A stretch of 14,526 nt of DNA from a virus (Duplodnaviria; Heunggongvirae; Uroviricota; Caudoviricetes): the IMG/VR virus record IMGVR_UViG_2778261256_000010, positions 1 to 14,526 of that record; one strand, 5' to 3'. This document shows positions 6,923 through 14,526 of this stretch, piece by piece. The notes below the pieces were generated by a model that was not told where the DNA came from, made no database searches, and was given only the letters and a program-made list of their open reading frames with translations. Position 1 is the first letter of the stretch; each line of letters starts with the position of its first letter. The position numbers and the translations under genes are program-made.

Positions 6923-6973
6923 TCAAAAACAGTCTATTTTACTGTTGATCATACAAAAACTGAGGCCTAACAC

Positions 6974-6992
6974 ACTGTTTATAAATACAGTA
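6974..6992. promoter_or_regulatory. LexA (SOS) box-like site, CTGT-N8-ACAG
   Basis: ACTGTTTATAAATACAGTA against the gammaproteobacterial consensus TACTGTATATATATACAGTA; AT-rich spacer; about 30 bp upstream of ATG 7021. It is the only CTGT-N8-ACAG I found in the window. Confidence 0.5.
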
Positions 6993-7020
6993 AAAACAGG
7001 CTTCACTCAGTGAGTGGACT

Positions 7021-8124
7021 ATGAAAAACACTTTTGATAAAGCACGCGCAGCAGAAAACACCTCTAGAGAAGCCATCGAGTATCTCGAACGCGCTTCCGG
7101 TTTGTCAGCAGTGTCGACCACCAATTTCGACGGTGACATGTCGTTTTCTTCCGCATTCATGTTATTCACTCGCTTATCTTTGCTGATAACGAGACGTCGA
7201 CCTGAAATAGCTGTTCATTGTATTTTGATACATGTAATGCCGCATATCTGTGAAGTAAAAGTAAGTGACATTAGTAGGGTTTTAGTCAACCAGCTGGTGA
7301 ACCCATTAATACTTGAGGGCAAGATCGTCCAGGGCAGACGTGTGTTCTCGCTGATGAAGCAGTTTCTCAGTTGGTGTGCATTTCAGGGCTTAATTGATAC
7401 ATCCCCATTGAACGATATGTCGCTTAACAGAGTAGCCGGTGGCGCGAAGCCCACGCCGCGCGAGCGCAAACTGACCGACGCAGAGGTCTGGGTCTTTTGG
7501 AATGTATGGGACTACTTCAACGTATGTGAGGGTACAAAGTGGGCGGCCAGATTATGCCTTGTAGCGGCCAGACGACCAGATGAAGTGCTCCGAGCTAAAA
7601 GATCAGAATTCAACCTCGAATATAATTTATGGAATCAAGGAACGAGGAATAAATCGGCTCGCCAGCACTCGTTACCATTAAGCCCGCTAATGCGCAAATG
7701 TGTTGAGGAGCTGATCAAATACGGAAAAGGCAGCCAGTGGCTTGTTCCTTCAAACAAGAAACAGGGTGAGGATGTGCCAATGTCTAAGGTGGCCATATCA
7801 CAGGCGTTGAGAAGGATTTTAGAACGTCCAGAGTTGATGGAGCTTGAGCCATTTACCCCCCGAGATTTGCGTCGTACTGCGCGTAGTTACTTCCCCGCGT
7901 TAGGCATAAGTCAGGAGGTATCCCGCAAAATTATGAACCACAGTCTTGAGGGGATAGATCGAGTATACGATCGACACGATTATATAGACGAGATGCGAGA
8001 CGCCTTAAACAGTTTTTCGGCGTACATCGCATCAATCGTAGAGAAACAGGATTTAGAGGAGATAGATCATAAGTTCAAGGGAGATCGACTCGCTACTGAG
8101 CTAATCCGTGTAAATTTCTCATAG
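7021..8124 (+). CDS. tyrosine recombinase/integrase, P4-like catalytic core; arm-binding N-terminal domain absent, first ~60 aa unrelated
   Basis: Core-binding-like segment from about aa 70 (HVMPHICEVKVSDISRVL...VFSLMKQFLSWCAFQGLIDTSPLNDMS); catalytic signatures ARRPDEVL (box I Arg), FTPRDLRRTA (box II, with R where His is usual), NHS, and RVYDRHDY (catalytic Tyr). Confidence 0.65.
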   Translation: MKNTFDKARAAENTSREAIEYLERASGLSAVSTTNFDGDMSFSSAFMLFTRLSLLITRRRPEIAVHCILIHVMPHICEVKVSDISRVLVNQLVNPLILEGKIVQGRRVFSLMKQFLSWCAFQGLIDTSPLNDMSLNRVAGGAKPTPRERKLTDAEVWVFWNVWDYFNVCEGTKWAARLCLVAARRPDEVLRAKRSEFNLEYNLWNQGTRNKSARQHSLPLSPLMRKCVEELIKYGKGSQWLVPSNKKQGEDVPMSKVAISQALRRILERPELMELEPFTPRDLRRTARSYFPALGISQEVSRKIMNHSLEGIDRVYDRHDYIDEMRDALNSFSAYIASIVEKQDLEEIDHKFKGDRLATELIRVNFS

Positions 8125-8517
8125 CGACTTGATTGCCTCAACAACCCGCTCCGACGCACCACGTTGGTCACCGAAACGTCGACGGAAGGCTTCCAGAACT
8201 AGTTTTTCATCTTTAGTCAGAGGGGCTGTGCCTTCGTCGCGAAAAAACGCTAACAGCTCTGGATGACGCTCTTCCAGCACCATTAGCATCAATCGGACCG
8301 AATCGGCATCCAATGCTTTAGCCAACGCTCTGACCTTGTCGATCGGAAGCGGGATTTTGCCGCTCTTGATAAGTGAAAGATTGTTAGGGTTTTTATAGCC
8401 TGCTTCTTTCGCGATGGTCGCCTGGCTTTTCGGAGAAATCGCGATTAAAGCGTCAATGTAAGCAGCGTAGCGACCTACTTTAGCTTCTGTTGTTTCGTTG
8501 GTAGCCATAATTATCAA
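8119..8517 (-). CDS. helix-turn-helix (XRE/Cro-like) transcriptional regulator
   Basis: SQATIAKEAGYKNPNNLSLIKSGKIPLPIDKVRALAKAL is a canonical HTH; convergent with and overlapping the recombinase 3' end by 6 bp. Start may be the second ATG (MATNE...). Confidence 0.65.
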   Translation of the reverse strand: MIIMATNETTEAKVGRYAAYIDALIAISPKSQATIAKEAGYKNPNNLSLIKSGKIPLPIDKVRALAKALDADSVRLMLMVLEERHPELLAFFRDEGTAPLTKDEKLVLEAFRRRFGDQRGASERVVEAIKSL

Positions 8518-8764
8518 CCTGCGTGTTTTGATTTTATTTGGTAAGTGCTTACTGATATTACATCAAAGGTTAGTGTTGTAAAGACTTATCTATTTTTTTA
8601 CGTAGGTTTACTGACCGCAAAAGGCTTCATTAATAGACAACTATCTAAAAAATAACTCATTTAAGAACTTAAAACTAAGTTGTATTTGATATATAAGTAT
8701 TCCGTATTGATACAATAGGTAGTAGTATTGCAAGGCATTTACGTGTTCAGTTGGATGATATGAA

Positions 8765-8977
8765 ATGAAAAAAATAACTTCTAATTTGATCGCCCTTGAG
8801 GTCGGACATACGGTTTCAATTGACGATGATGGGGCAGCAGCCATACTCACTGAACTGCCAACAAAGTCTTTGTTACTTGACATGAAAGACGCAACCGCAT
8901 ACATCTTTGAGCTAAAGGGCAAGTGCTTCACTCTCATCAATACCGGCTGCGGTTCAGTAGCCGTCCGCACAAGTTAA
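8765..8977 (+). CDS. small hypothetical protein (70 aa)
   Basis: RBS-like GGATGA upstream; sits just upstream of the vWA gene; could be spurious (AT-rich surroundings). Confidence 0.35.
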   Translation: MKKITSNLIALEVGHTVSIDDDGAAAILTELPTKSLLLDMKDATAYIFELKGKCFTLINTGCGSVAVRTS

Positions 8978-9002
8978 CACCACCCCTCCCATCCTCTCTA
9001 GC

Positions 9003-9037
9003 GCCTGTACGAACAGATTAGATGCCTGTTCGTACAG
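9003..9037. promoter_or_regulatory. tandem near-palindromic sites GCCTGTACGAACAG / GCCTGTTCGTACAG (candidate operator pair)
   Basis: CTGTACGAACAG (9005-9016) and its exact reverse complement CTGTTCGTACAG (9026-9037), 9-bp spacer, about 55 bp upstream of the preferred start of the vWA gene. Confidence 0.45.
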
Positions 9038-9090
9038 TGATAAATTACGCACATCAGAAAACAAATTGTTTTAACAACAAGGGAATTCTA

Positions 9091-11319
9091 ATGTCCAAAA
9101 AAACCACCAAAGCTGTACTGAAAGAGGTGCAGGATTTTCGCGACTGTGTAAAACGAGTTGTAGCGATGCTTTCAGGTAAACAGATACCTGTTGCAGAACG
9201 AGGCAATGAAGCATATGTCCGCTATAACCGGCGCGGCGAACCAGTGCTGGTAAACATCCCATCTATACCGGACGACGCGTCGCCAACCCTCATGAACGCA
9301 GTGCGTGGTTTTCTCGACCATGAGGTGGCCCATATTCTCTTTACTGAACCGAAAGTCGCAATGCAGATGCGCGAAAGAGGAAAGGCTCCGTCTACGGGGC
9401 TTTGGAATGCGCTGGAAGACGTTTTTATTGAACGCAGAATGGGGCAGGTCTTTAACGGAACCCGGCGTAATTTACTTGCAACACAGAGTCTGGTTATCGA
9501 CAAATACTTCAGGAATAAAGTACCAGAAGCGGTTTTAGCCTGTCACGGAGACCAGCGTGAATTGTTTTTGAAATTCTTCCTTTGCCCGGTCGTCCGCGCC
9601 TGGGATGGACAAAGCCCCTTCATCGATTTTATGGAAGAACACTGGCGCCTTATCGAGAGGCCGGTAGCCTTACTAAAGGAGCATGGTATAGACGTGGCCG
9701 TTCGCAATATGTCGAACACTGAGGATTGCGTGAAGGTCGCTGCTGCTATAGCCCAAATCATGCAGGATATGAAAGACAAGCCAGAGGGCAAATTACCAGA
9801 ACTTAAATCATCTGCCAGAAAGCCGTCGGAGAGCAAAGACGAGTCCGAGGAAACGCCAGAATCAGGTGACGAGCCGTCTCATGGTGACTCTGCATCTAAG
9901 CCTGCCAAAGGCGAAGGCGATGACAAGGAAGAACGAGAAGATGATGCATCAGAAGAGGAAGATTCTGGGGATTCCGATTTGCCTGATTCGTTAGATAAGG
10001 ACTTACCTACACACGTTAAAGATATTAGTGATACAGAAAGTAAATATACAGAAGCAGGCCACGAAGAGTCAGGAGACACCCCAGAATCCGATGCTATCGG
10101 CATGAAATCAAGTGACTCTGACACCGATGGTGATGGCGGTGAGGACTCCGATACTGATCGTGGGGAAACTGAAGAAGACGTCGAAGGCAAAAAAAATAAA
10201 GATGGTGCGGAAGTGCCCAAAGACAGTGAGTCTGGCTTTGTTCCTGCGCCGGATGAAATGACTCTGGAGGAGGCGCTAAAGGCGCTCGACGAGATGGAAG
10301 ACGGAATCGGTGAAATGACCGAAGACGCACTGTCGGCCACCATCAGCAAAGAGCTTATGAGCGTCTCACCTTCTGATTATCGGCCATACGATCGATCATA
10401 CGACTTTATCGGGTTGATTGATGGAGCCGAAGAGCATGTGAAGCGCACCAGAAAGACGTTCGGTGCAATACCAATGCACTCACCAGTCGACCGCTACCGT
10501 ATGGTGCCAGAAGGCAGAAAACTCTTTGAACTGAAAATCGAAAAACATCTGTCTGCAGGCGTTTCTTCGACGCTGGCCAAAGACCTGGAGCGGGCCATCG
10601 CCAGCCGCAACCGAGTTCAGTTTATACCTGGTCAGAGGCGTGGGCGGATACATGGCGCGAGCCTGTATCGTCTGGCAATGAACGACGACCGAGTGTTCCG
10701 CAAGAAGGAAGACCATAGAGCGGTGAACGCGTGTGTCCAGCAAGTCATCGACTTGTCCGGCTCAATGGATGGCGTGAAGATTCAACTGGCCCTAGCCAGT
10801 GCCTATACCATTGCGGATGCTTTAGATCGTATCAATGTCCCCAACATCATCACCGGCTTTACCACGTTCGGTAGCCCAGATTATGAAACCAGGTCGAAGC
10901 GCGGGTTTACACGCTTCGAGGCGCTCATGCTGCCCATTATCAAAAACTGGAATGAGAAAGCAAACTCTCCAGAGATCCGTGCTCGCATGGGATGCGTATG
11001 TGAGACGTTCCCCCTGCTCAATAACGTCGATGGTGAGAGTGTCGCGCAACTGGCTACCCTGTTTGCAGGGCGAATGGAGGACAAAAAGATCATGCTGGTT
11101 ATGAGTGATGGGGAGCCATGTGCTACAGGTAGTGGATTCCATCAGCATTTACGAACCGTCACCAAAGAAATTGAGACCTTGAGCGACATCGAACTGATGG
11201 CTATCGGCATTCTGACCGACGAACCACGGCGTTACTACAAAAATTACGCACTGGTTAACAGTGTTGAAGAGTTAGGGCCGTCAGTCGTCACTGAGTTATC
11301 TCGTATCATTCTTGGGTAA
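9091..11319 (+). CDS. CobT/BchD-like architecture: N-terminal HExxH (zincin-like) module, ~170-180 aa acidic Ser/Asp/Glu-rich linker, C-terminal von Willebrand factor A domain
   Basis: Preferred start ATG 9091 (RBS AAGGGA 6 nt upstream); the track ATG 9022 lies inside the palindrome and lacks an RBS. HEVAH at 9319-9333 with Glu in NALEDVFIERR about 25 aa downstream (gluzincin-like spacing). vWA MIDAS DLSGS (10750-10764), then GFTT and MSDGEP. Confidence 0.75.
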   Translation: MSKKTTKAVLKEVQDFRDCVKRVVAMLSGKQIPVAERGNEAYVRYNRRGEPVLVNIPSIPDDASPTLMNAVRGFLDHEVAHILFTEPKVAMQMRERGKAPSTGLWNALEDVFIERRMGQVFNGTRRNLLATQSLVIDKYFRNKVPEAVLACHGDQRELFLKFFLCPVVRAWDGQSPFIDFMEEHWRLIERPVALLKEHGIDVAVRNMSNTEDCVKVAAAIAQIMQDMKDKPEGKLPELKSSARKPSESKDESEETPESGDEPSHGDSASKPAKGEGDDKEEREDDASEEEDSGDSDLPDSLDKDLPTHVKDISDTESKYTEAGHEESGDTPESDAIGMKSSDSDTDGDGGEDSDTDRGETEEDVEGKKNKDGAEVPKDSESGFVPAPDEMTLEEALKALDEMEDGIGEMTEDALSATISKELMSVSPSDYRPYDRSYDFIGLIDGAEEHVKRTRKTFGAIPMHSPVDRYRMVPEGRKLFELKIEKHLSAGVSSTLAKDLERAIASRNRVQFIPGQRRGRIHGASLYRLAMNDDRVFRKKEDHRAVNACVQQVIDLSGSMDGVKIQLALASAYTIADALDRINVPNIITGFTTFGSPDYETRSKRGFTRFEALMLPIIKNWNEKANSPEIRARMGCVCETFPLLNNVDGESVAQLATLFAGRMEDKKIMLVMSDGEPCATGSGFHQHLRTVTKEIETLSDIELMAIGILTDEPRRYYKNYALVNSVEELGPSVVTELSRIILG

Positions 11320-11335
11320 TAGCTTACCCTTAAAA

Positions 11336-11355
11336 ATAAGTAACTACTTACTATA
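11336..11355 (+). repeat. 20-bp motif, copy 3 (ATAAGTA-AC-TACTTACTATA)
   Basis: 17 bp after the vWA gene stop and about 60 bp upstream of the zinc-finger gene; followed by CTAATAT...TATAAGAT as at copy 2. Confidence 0.5.
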
Positions 11356-11413
11356 CAGCCTAATATATTTCTATAAGATATACCCCACAAACGACAAACA
11401 GTAAGGAAAAAAC

Positions 11414-11680
11414 ATGACCGCTACTGCACTACAGCAAGAAGAACATTTGCCGGAAGCCATCGTCTGCAAGTGGTGTGGCAAATCCTTTCATTACCTGAAA
11501 TCCCATATCTCTATGGGCCGTTGCGAGAATATTCCTGAGTCTGCGAAGGGTCTGGACGTGGACGAAGTGGTGAAGATGTACACCTCTGCGTTTCCAGATG
11601 AACCAACGATCTCTCGCACGGCACTGGCCAAACTCAATGAGAAGGGGTCGTTTGCGGGAGGGGGCGGAATCCTACGCTAA
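11414..11680 (+). pseudogene. Ros/MucR-type zinc-finger mini-protein, 3' end replaced by the Tn3-family inverted repeat (native part 11414-11643)
   Basis: RBS AAGGA 6 nt upstream. IVCKWCGKSFHYLKSHI matches the Ros/MucR zinc-finger IVCLECGGSFKSLKRHL, and SRTALAKLNEKG matches ARSRLAKEMGLG. From codon 78 the ORF is encoded by the transposon IR (GSFAGGGGILR). Confidence 0.5.
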
Positions 11681-11681
11681 G
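11644..11681. repeat. Tn3-family 38-bp terminal inverted repeat (GGGG...ACGCTAAG)
   Basis: GGGGTCGTTTGCGGGAGGGGGCGGAATCCTACGCTAAG; outer GGGG at 11644; the tnpA stop (CTA on +, 11677-11679) lies inside the IR, as is typical of the family. Confidence 0.8.
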
Positions 11682-14449
11682 GCTTTGGCCAGCGATATTC
11701 TCCGGTGAGATTGATGTGTTCCCATCCGAGCGGCGAAACATGGGCCAAGAGATCGGGCGATAGCAGCTTTCCATCGCGTTTCTGGTTTGCAACGACCTCG
11801 CCGAGCTTCATGGTGTTCCAGAAGATGATGATGGCGGCGAGCAGATTCATGCCGGCGATGCGGTAATGCTGGCCTTCGGCGGAACGGTCGCGGATTTCAC
11901 CGCGGCGGTGGAAGCTGATTGCCCGCTTCAGCGCATGATGAGCTTCGCCTTTGTTGAGCCCGATCTGGGCACGCCGTTGGAGTTCGGCATCCAGAATCCA
12001 GTCGATCATGAACAGGGTGCGCTCGACGCGACCGACTTCCCGCAGGGCTGTCGCGAGCTCGTTCTGCCGCGGATAGGAGGCGAGTTTCCGCAGAATCTGG
12101 CTTGGCGCGACGGTCCCGGCAGCAATGGTGGCGGCGATGCGCAGGATGTCGGGCCAATTGCGCTCGATCATGGCTTGGTTGACCTTTCCGCCGATCAACG
12201 CTCGCAGGTGCGCCGGGGCGGCCGACGGATTGAACGCGTAGAGCCGTTTGGATGGCAGGTCGCGGATGCGCGGAGCGAACCGGTAGCCGAGAATGGCACA
12301 TGCGGCAAAGACGTGATCGGTGAAGCCGCCCGTGTCGGTGAACTGCTCGCGGATATGGCGTCCAGCATCGTTCATCAGCAGGCCATCGAGGATGTAAGGC
12401 GCTTCGCTTGCCGTTGCAGGAATCACCTGGGTTGCGAACGGCGCATATTGGTCGGAGACGTGGCTATAGGCTTTCAGGCCCGGGGTATTGCCATATTTCG
12501 CGTTGACCAGGTTCATGGCCTCACCTTGCTCTGTAGCGACGAAGAACTGTCCGTCGCTCGAAGCCGACGTGCCCATGCCCCAGAACCGGGCCATGGGTAA
12601 CGCTGCCTGTGCCTCGACCACCATGGCCAGCGCCCGGTCATAGGCTTCGCCCTCGACATGCCACCGTCCAATGCGGATCAATTCCCAGAAGGTGTGGGTG
12701 TTTGTCGCATCCGCCATTTTGCGCAAGCCGAGGTTGATCCCTTCCGCCAAGATAACGTTCATTAGCCCGATCCGGTCAGCGCAGGGTGCTCCTGTGCGCA
12801 GATGGGTGAACGCTTCGGTGAAGCCGGTCGCCGCATCCACCTCCAGCAGGAGATCGGTGATGCGCGTGGGCGGGATCTGCTTGTAGAGATCGAGCACCAG
12901 ATCTTCGGCGCCTGTCGGCGCGGCGGCTTCGAGTTTCTCGATATGCAGAACGCCGTTTTCAATCGACCCGCCCGGGATCGTGCCTGCGCGAGCGGCACGG
13001 CCAAGCTCGCGCAACCGCATGTCGAGGCGAGCTTGCCGGTCTGCCAGCCATTCCTCCGGCCGCAATGGCACAGCGAGACGACCGCCTTCCGCGATGGATT
13101 GTGCCGGAACGAGTGCGTGTTTCAGATCGCCATAGCGCCGGGACCTAGTAAGCCAGACATCTCCGGAGCGGAACGCATCGCGCAGATGGAACAGCACCGC
13201 GATCTCCCATAGGCGAGCGTCGCCAGCCCTCTGGGCCCGAAGGTGGCGATGCCATTTCGAGCTGGGCCGCAAGAAGCTGGTCATCGCGGCATCGTTCAAA
13301 CCGGTACGAAGGGCCGTCACCGCTTCCAGAAGCGGCAGTGCAACGGGCGCAGCTCGCAGATCGAGCAGGCGCAACATGCGTGGAGCGTATCGGCGGAAGC
13401 GGTGATAACCGTCGAGCACATGATTGAGCGGATCGTCGGCCATGGTGGCGGTCAGCCTGGTTGCCATTGCAACAAGGGTTTTTAAGCCGTCCCACCCTGA
13501 CCCACTCGCGATGACATCGCCCAGCGGCTGGCCATCATCCTGTGCATCGACCAGGGCGCCCCCGATCTCGGCGAAGGATTTCAGGGTGTCACGCACCACC
13601 CCCGCTTCGTCTGCGACCTTTGCATGGCAAATACGCTCCGAAGCACGGTAGAGACGGCCGACGATCCGGTCGTGGGTTTCGACCACTGCGTCGGCCAACA
13701 TCGCCTGCCATTCCGAGACGCAAACAGCCAAGATCGCAAGCCGCCTGTCCTCCGGGAGATCGCGCATGCCGTCGGCATAATACCGTTCACCCTGCCTGCG
13801 CAGACGAGTCACCCGATGGGCAGGAACGCCGGCAAGCAGATCCTCGGGGAGATCGATGCGTTGCAGATATTCGAGCCGGTCGAGCAGCCGGTTGGCCGAC
13901 GAAGAGTTCGAGCCAGGCTCGAACTGGCGCAGCCACACAAAACGGGTCACCCGATCATCAGCCGTCTCCTCGAGCAATGCCAGCAACTGTTCTCGGATCG
14001 ACATAGGCAGCCGACTGGCGATCCTCGTCTCGATGCGTCGCTCGGCATCGACGAGAGCCGCGGCACAAAGCCGCTCGATCGTGGATGTCGCGGGAAGGAC
14101 AGTGCGGGTGCGTCGGCACTCGGCTACGAAGCGACGGGCGATATCCTCGTTCGACACCGCCATCTCGGCTTCTCGGAACAACCATTCCTTCAGCTCGCTC
14201 GCACCACGTCCGGAGAAGGTGCGGAAGCCGTAGAGCCCCCGTAACTCGGCAAGATGCTCGTGCCGTGTTTCCTCGCGGGCAGCATAGTCTACGAGATCGT
14301 CGGCACCCAGGCCAAGCTGCGCTCCGATAAATTCGATGACCTCTGCAGGGATCAGTTCGCCTGGAGCCAGCACCCGGCCGGGATAGCGCAGGACACACAA
14401 TTGCAGGGCGAAGCCGAACCTGTTGTGAGCGCGCCGACGCAGCCTGATA
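11644..14449 (-). mobile_element. Tn3-family transposon remnant (one IR plus 5'-truncated tnpA; no res, tnpR or cargo in view)
   Basis: High-GC block bounded by the 38-bp IR on the left and the IS10 outside end on the right. Confidence 0.8.
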
Positions 14450-14505
14450 CTGATGAATCCCCTAATGATTTTTATCAAAATCATTAAGTTAAGGTAGATA
14501 CACAT
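11677..14505 (-). CDS. tnpA: Tn3-family transposase TnpA, 5'-truncated (first ~18 codons of the ORF are IS10-derived; native part 11677-14449)
   Basis: 942-aa ORF; C-terminus ...LSPLGWEHINLTGEYRW is the Tn3-family signature; N-proximal SIRLRRRAHNRFGFALQLCVLRYPG matches Tn21 TnpA near residue 37-60 (recalled), so about 35 N-terminal residues are missing. Opposite-strand ORFs in this block are GC-rich shadows. Confidence 0.9.
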   Translation of the reverse strand: MCIYLNLMILIKIIRGFISIRLRRRAHNRFGFALQLCVLRYPGRVLAPGELIPAEVIEFIGAQLGLGADDLVDYAAREETRHEHLAELRGLYGFRTFSGRGASELKEWLFREAEMAVSNEDIARRFVAECRRTRTVLPATSTIERLCAAALVDAERRIETRIASRLPMSIREQLLALLEETADDRVTRFVWLRQFEPGSNSSSANRLLDRLEYLQRIDLPEDLLAGVPAHRVTRLRRQGERYYADGMRDLPEDRRLAILAVCVSEWQAMLADAVVETHDRIVGRLYRASERICHAKVADEAGVVRDTLKSFAEIGGALVDAQDDGQPLGDVIASGSGWDGLKTLVAMATRLTATMADDPLNHVLDGYHRFRRYAPRMLRLLDLRAAPVALPLLEAVTALRTGLNDAAMTSFLRPSSKWHRHLRAQRAGDARLWEIAVLFHLRDAFRSGDVWLTRSRRYGDLKHALVPAQSIAEGGRLAVPLRPEEWLADRQARLDMRLRELGRAARAGTIPGGSIENGVLHIEKLEAAAPTGAEDLVLDLYKQIPPTRITDLLLEVDAATGFTEAFTHLRTGAPCADRIGLMNVILAEGINLGLRKMADATNTHTFWELIRIGRWHVEGEAYDRALAMVVEAQAALPMARFWGMGTSASSDGQFFVATEQGEAMNLVNAKYGNTPGLKAYSHVSDQYAPFATQVIPATASEAPYILDGLLMNDAGRHIREQFTDTGGFTDHVFAACAILGYRFAPRIRDLPSKRLYAFNPSAAPAHLRALIGGKVNQAMIERNWPDILRIAATIAAGTVAPSQILRKLASYPRQNELATALREVGRVERTLFMIDWILDAELQRRAQIGLNKGEAHHALKRAISFHRRGEIRDRSAEGQHYRIAGMNLLAAIIIFWNTMKLGEVVANQKRDGKLLSPDLLAHVSPLGWEHINLTGEYRWPKP

Positions 14506-14526
14506 CTTGTCATATGATCAAATGGT
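14450..14526 (+). mobile_element. IS10-like outside end (5' portion of a second IS10 copy, continuing past the window)
   Basis: CTGATGAATCCCCTAATGATTTTTATCAAAATCATTAAGTTAAGGTAGATACACATCTTGTCATATGATCAAATGGT matches my recollection of the IS10 outside end and pIN/pOUT region with a few substitutions. Confidence 0.8.

Noticed and set aside
6939-7169. 76-aa minus-strand ORF across the LexA box and recombinase 5' end
   Set aside because: Antisense to the recombinase start and spanning its promoter elements; no RBS.
8641-8970. 109-aa minus-strand ORF
   Set aside because: Translation is Tyr/Leu/Phe-rich and comes from an AT-rich promoter region; the + strand 70-aa ORF is the better, still weak, candidate.
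9003-9037. Possible LexA box at the CTGTACGAACAG palindromes
   Set aside because: The spacing is CTGT-N4-ACAG, not the CTGT-N8-ACAG of gammaproteobacterial LexA sites; kept as an operator for an unknown regulator.
9022-9090. Upstream start (ATG 9022) for the vWA protein as given in the ORF track
   Set aside because: ATG 9022 lies inside the 9003-9037 palindrome with no RBS, whereas ATG 9091 has AAGGGA at ideal spacing.
9071-11148. Numerous internal and antisense ORFs within the vWA gene (e.g. 9222..9503, 9543..9836, 9879..10349, 10094..10330, 10480..10743, 10822..11148, 10835..11104)
   Set aside because: Embedded in a 742-aa gene with clear domain signatures; the acidic-linker region yields Ser-rich antisense frames.
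11866-14487. Many + strand ORFs (e.g. 11866..12600, 13624..14244, 13542..14006, 13856..14233, 14254..14487) and minus-strand ORFs in other frames (11897..12301, 13145..13495, 13958..14398) inside the tnpA region
   Set aside because: High-GC DNA gives long stop-free frames on every strand; all lie fully inside the well-supported 942-aa transposase and have low-complexity Arg/Ala/Pro-rich translations.

Overview
Mosaic accessory region bracketed by two IS10-like ends in the same orientation (1-158 and 14450-14526). All family assignments below are from reading the translations by eye; no database search was run. Left to right: a Sel1-repeat gene (-) cut by the left IS10; a co-directional + strand block (lipoprotein, two unknown proteins, a T4 gp30-type ATP-dependent DNA ligase, four tiny translationally coupled mostly membrane proteins); a ~0.7 kb hairpin-rich non-coding stretch; a tRNA-Asn(GUU) with a terminator; a YafO-family toxin with an unusually large upstream partner; a LexA-box-preceded P4-like tyrosine recombinase lacking its arm-binding N-terminus; a convergent HTH regulator; a 742-aa protein with an HExxH N-domain, a long acidic linker and a C-terminal vWA/MIDAS domain (CobT/BchD-like architecture) with no AAA+ partner in view; and a Ros/MucR-type zinc-finger mini-gene interrupted by a high-GC Tn3-family remnant whose tnpA 5' end is in turn cut by the right IS10. 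The best candidates for an undescribed system are the ligase operon, which is bracketed by a recurring 20-bp motif, and the orphan zincin-vWA protein. No CRISPR array or rRNA was seen.
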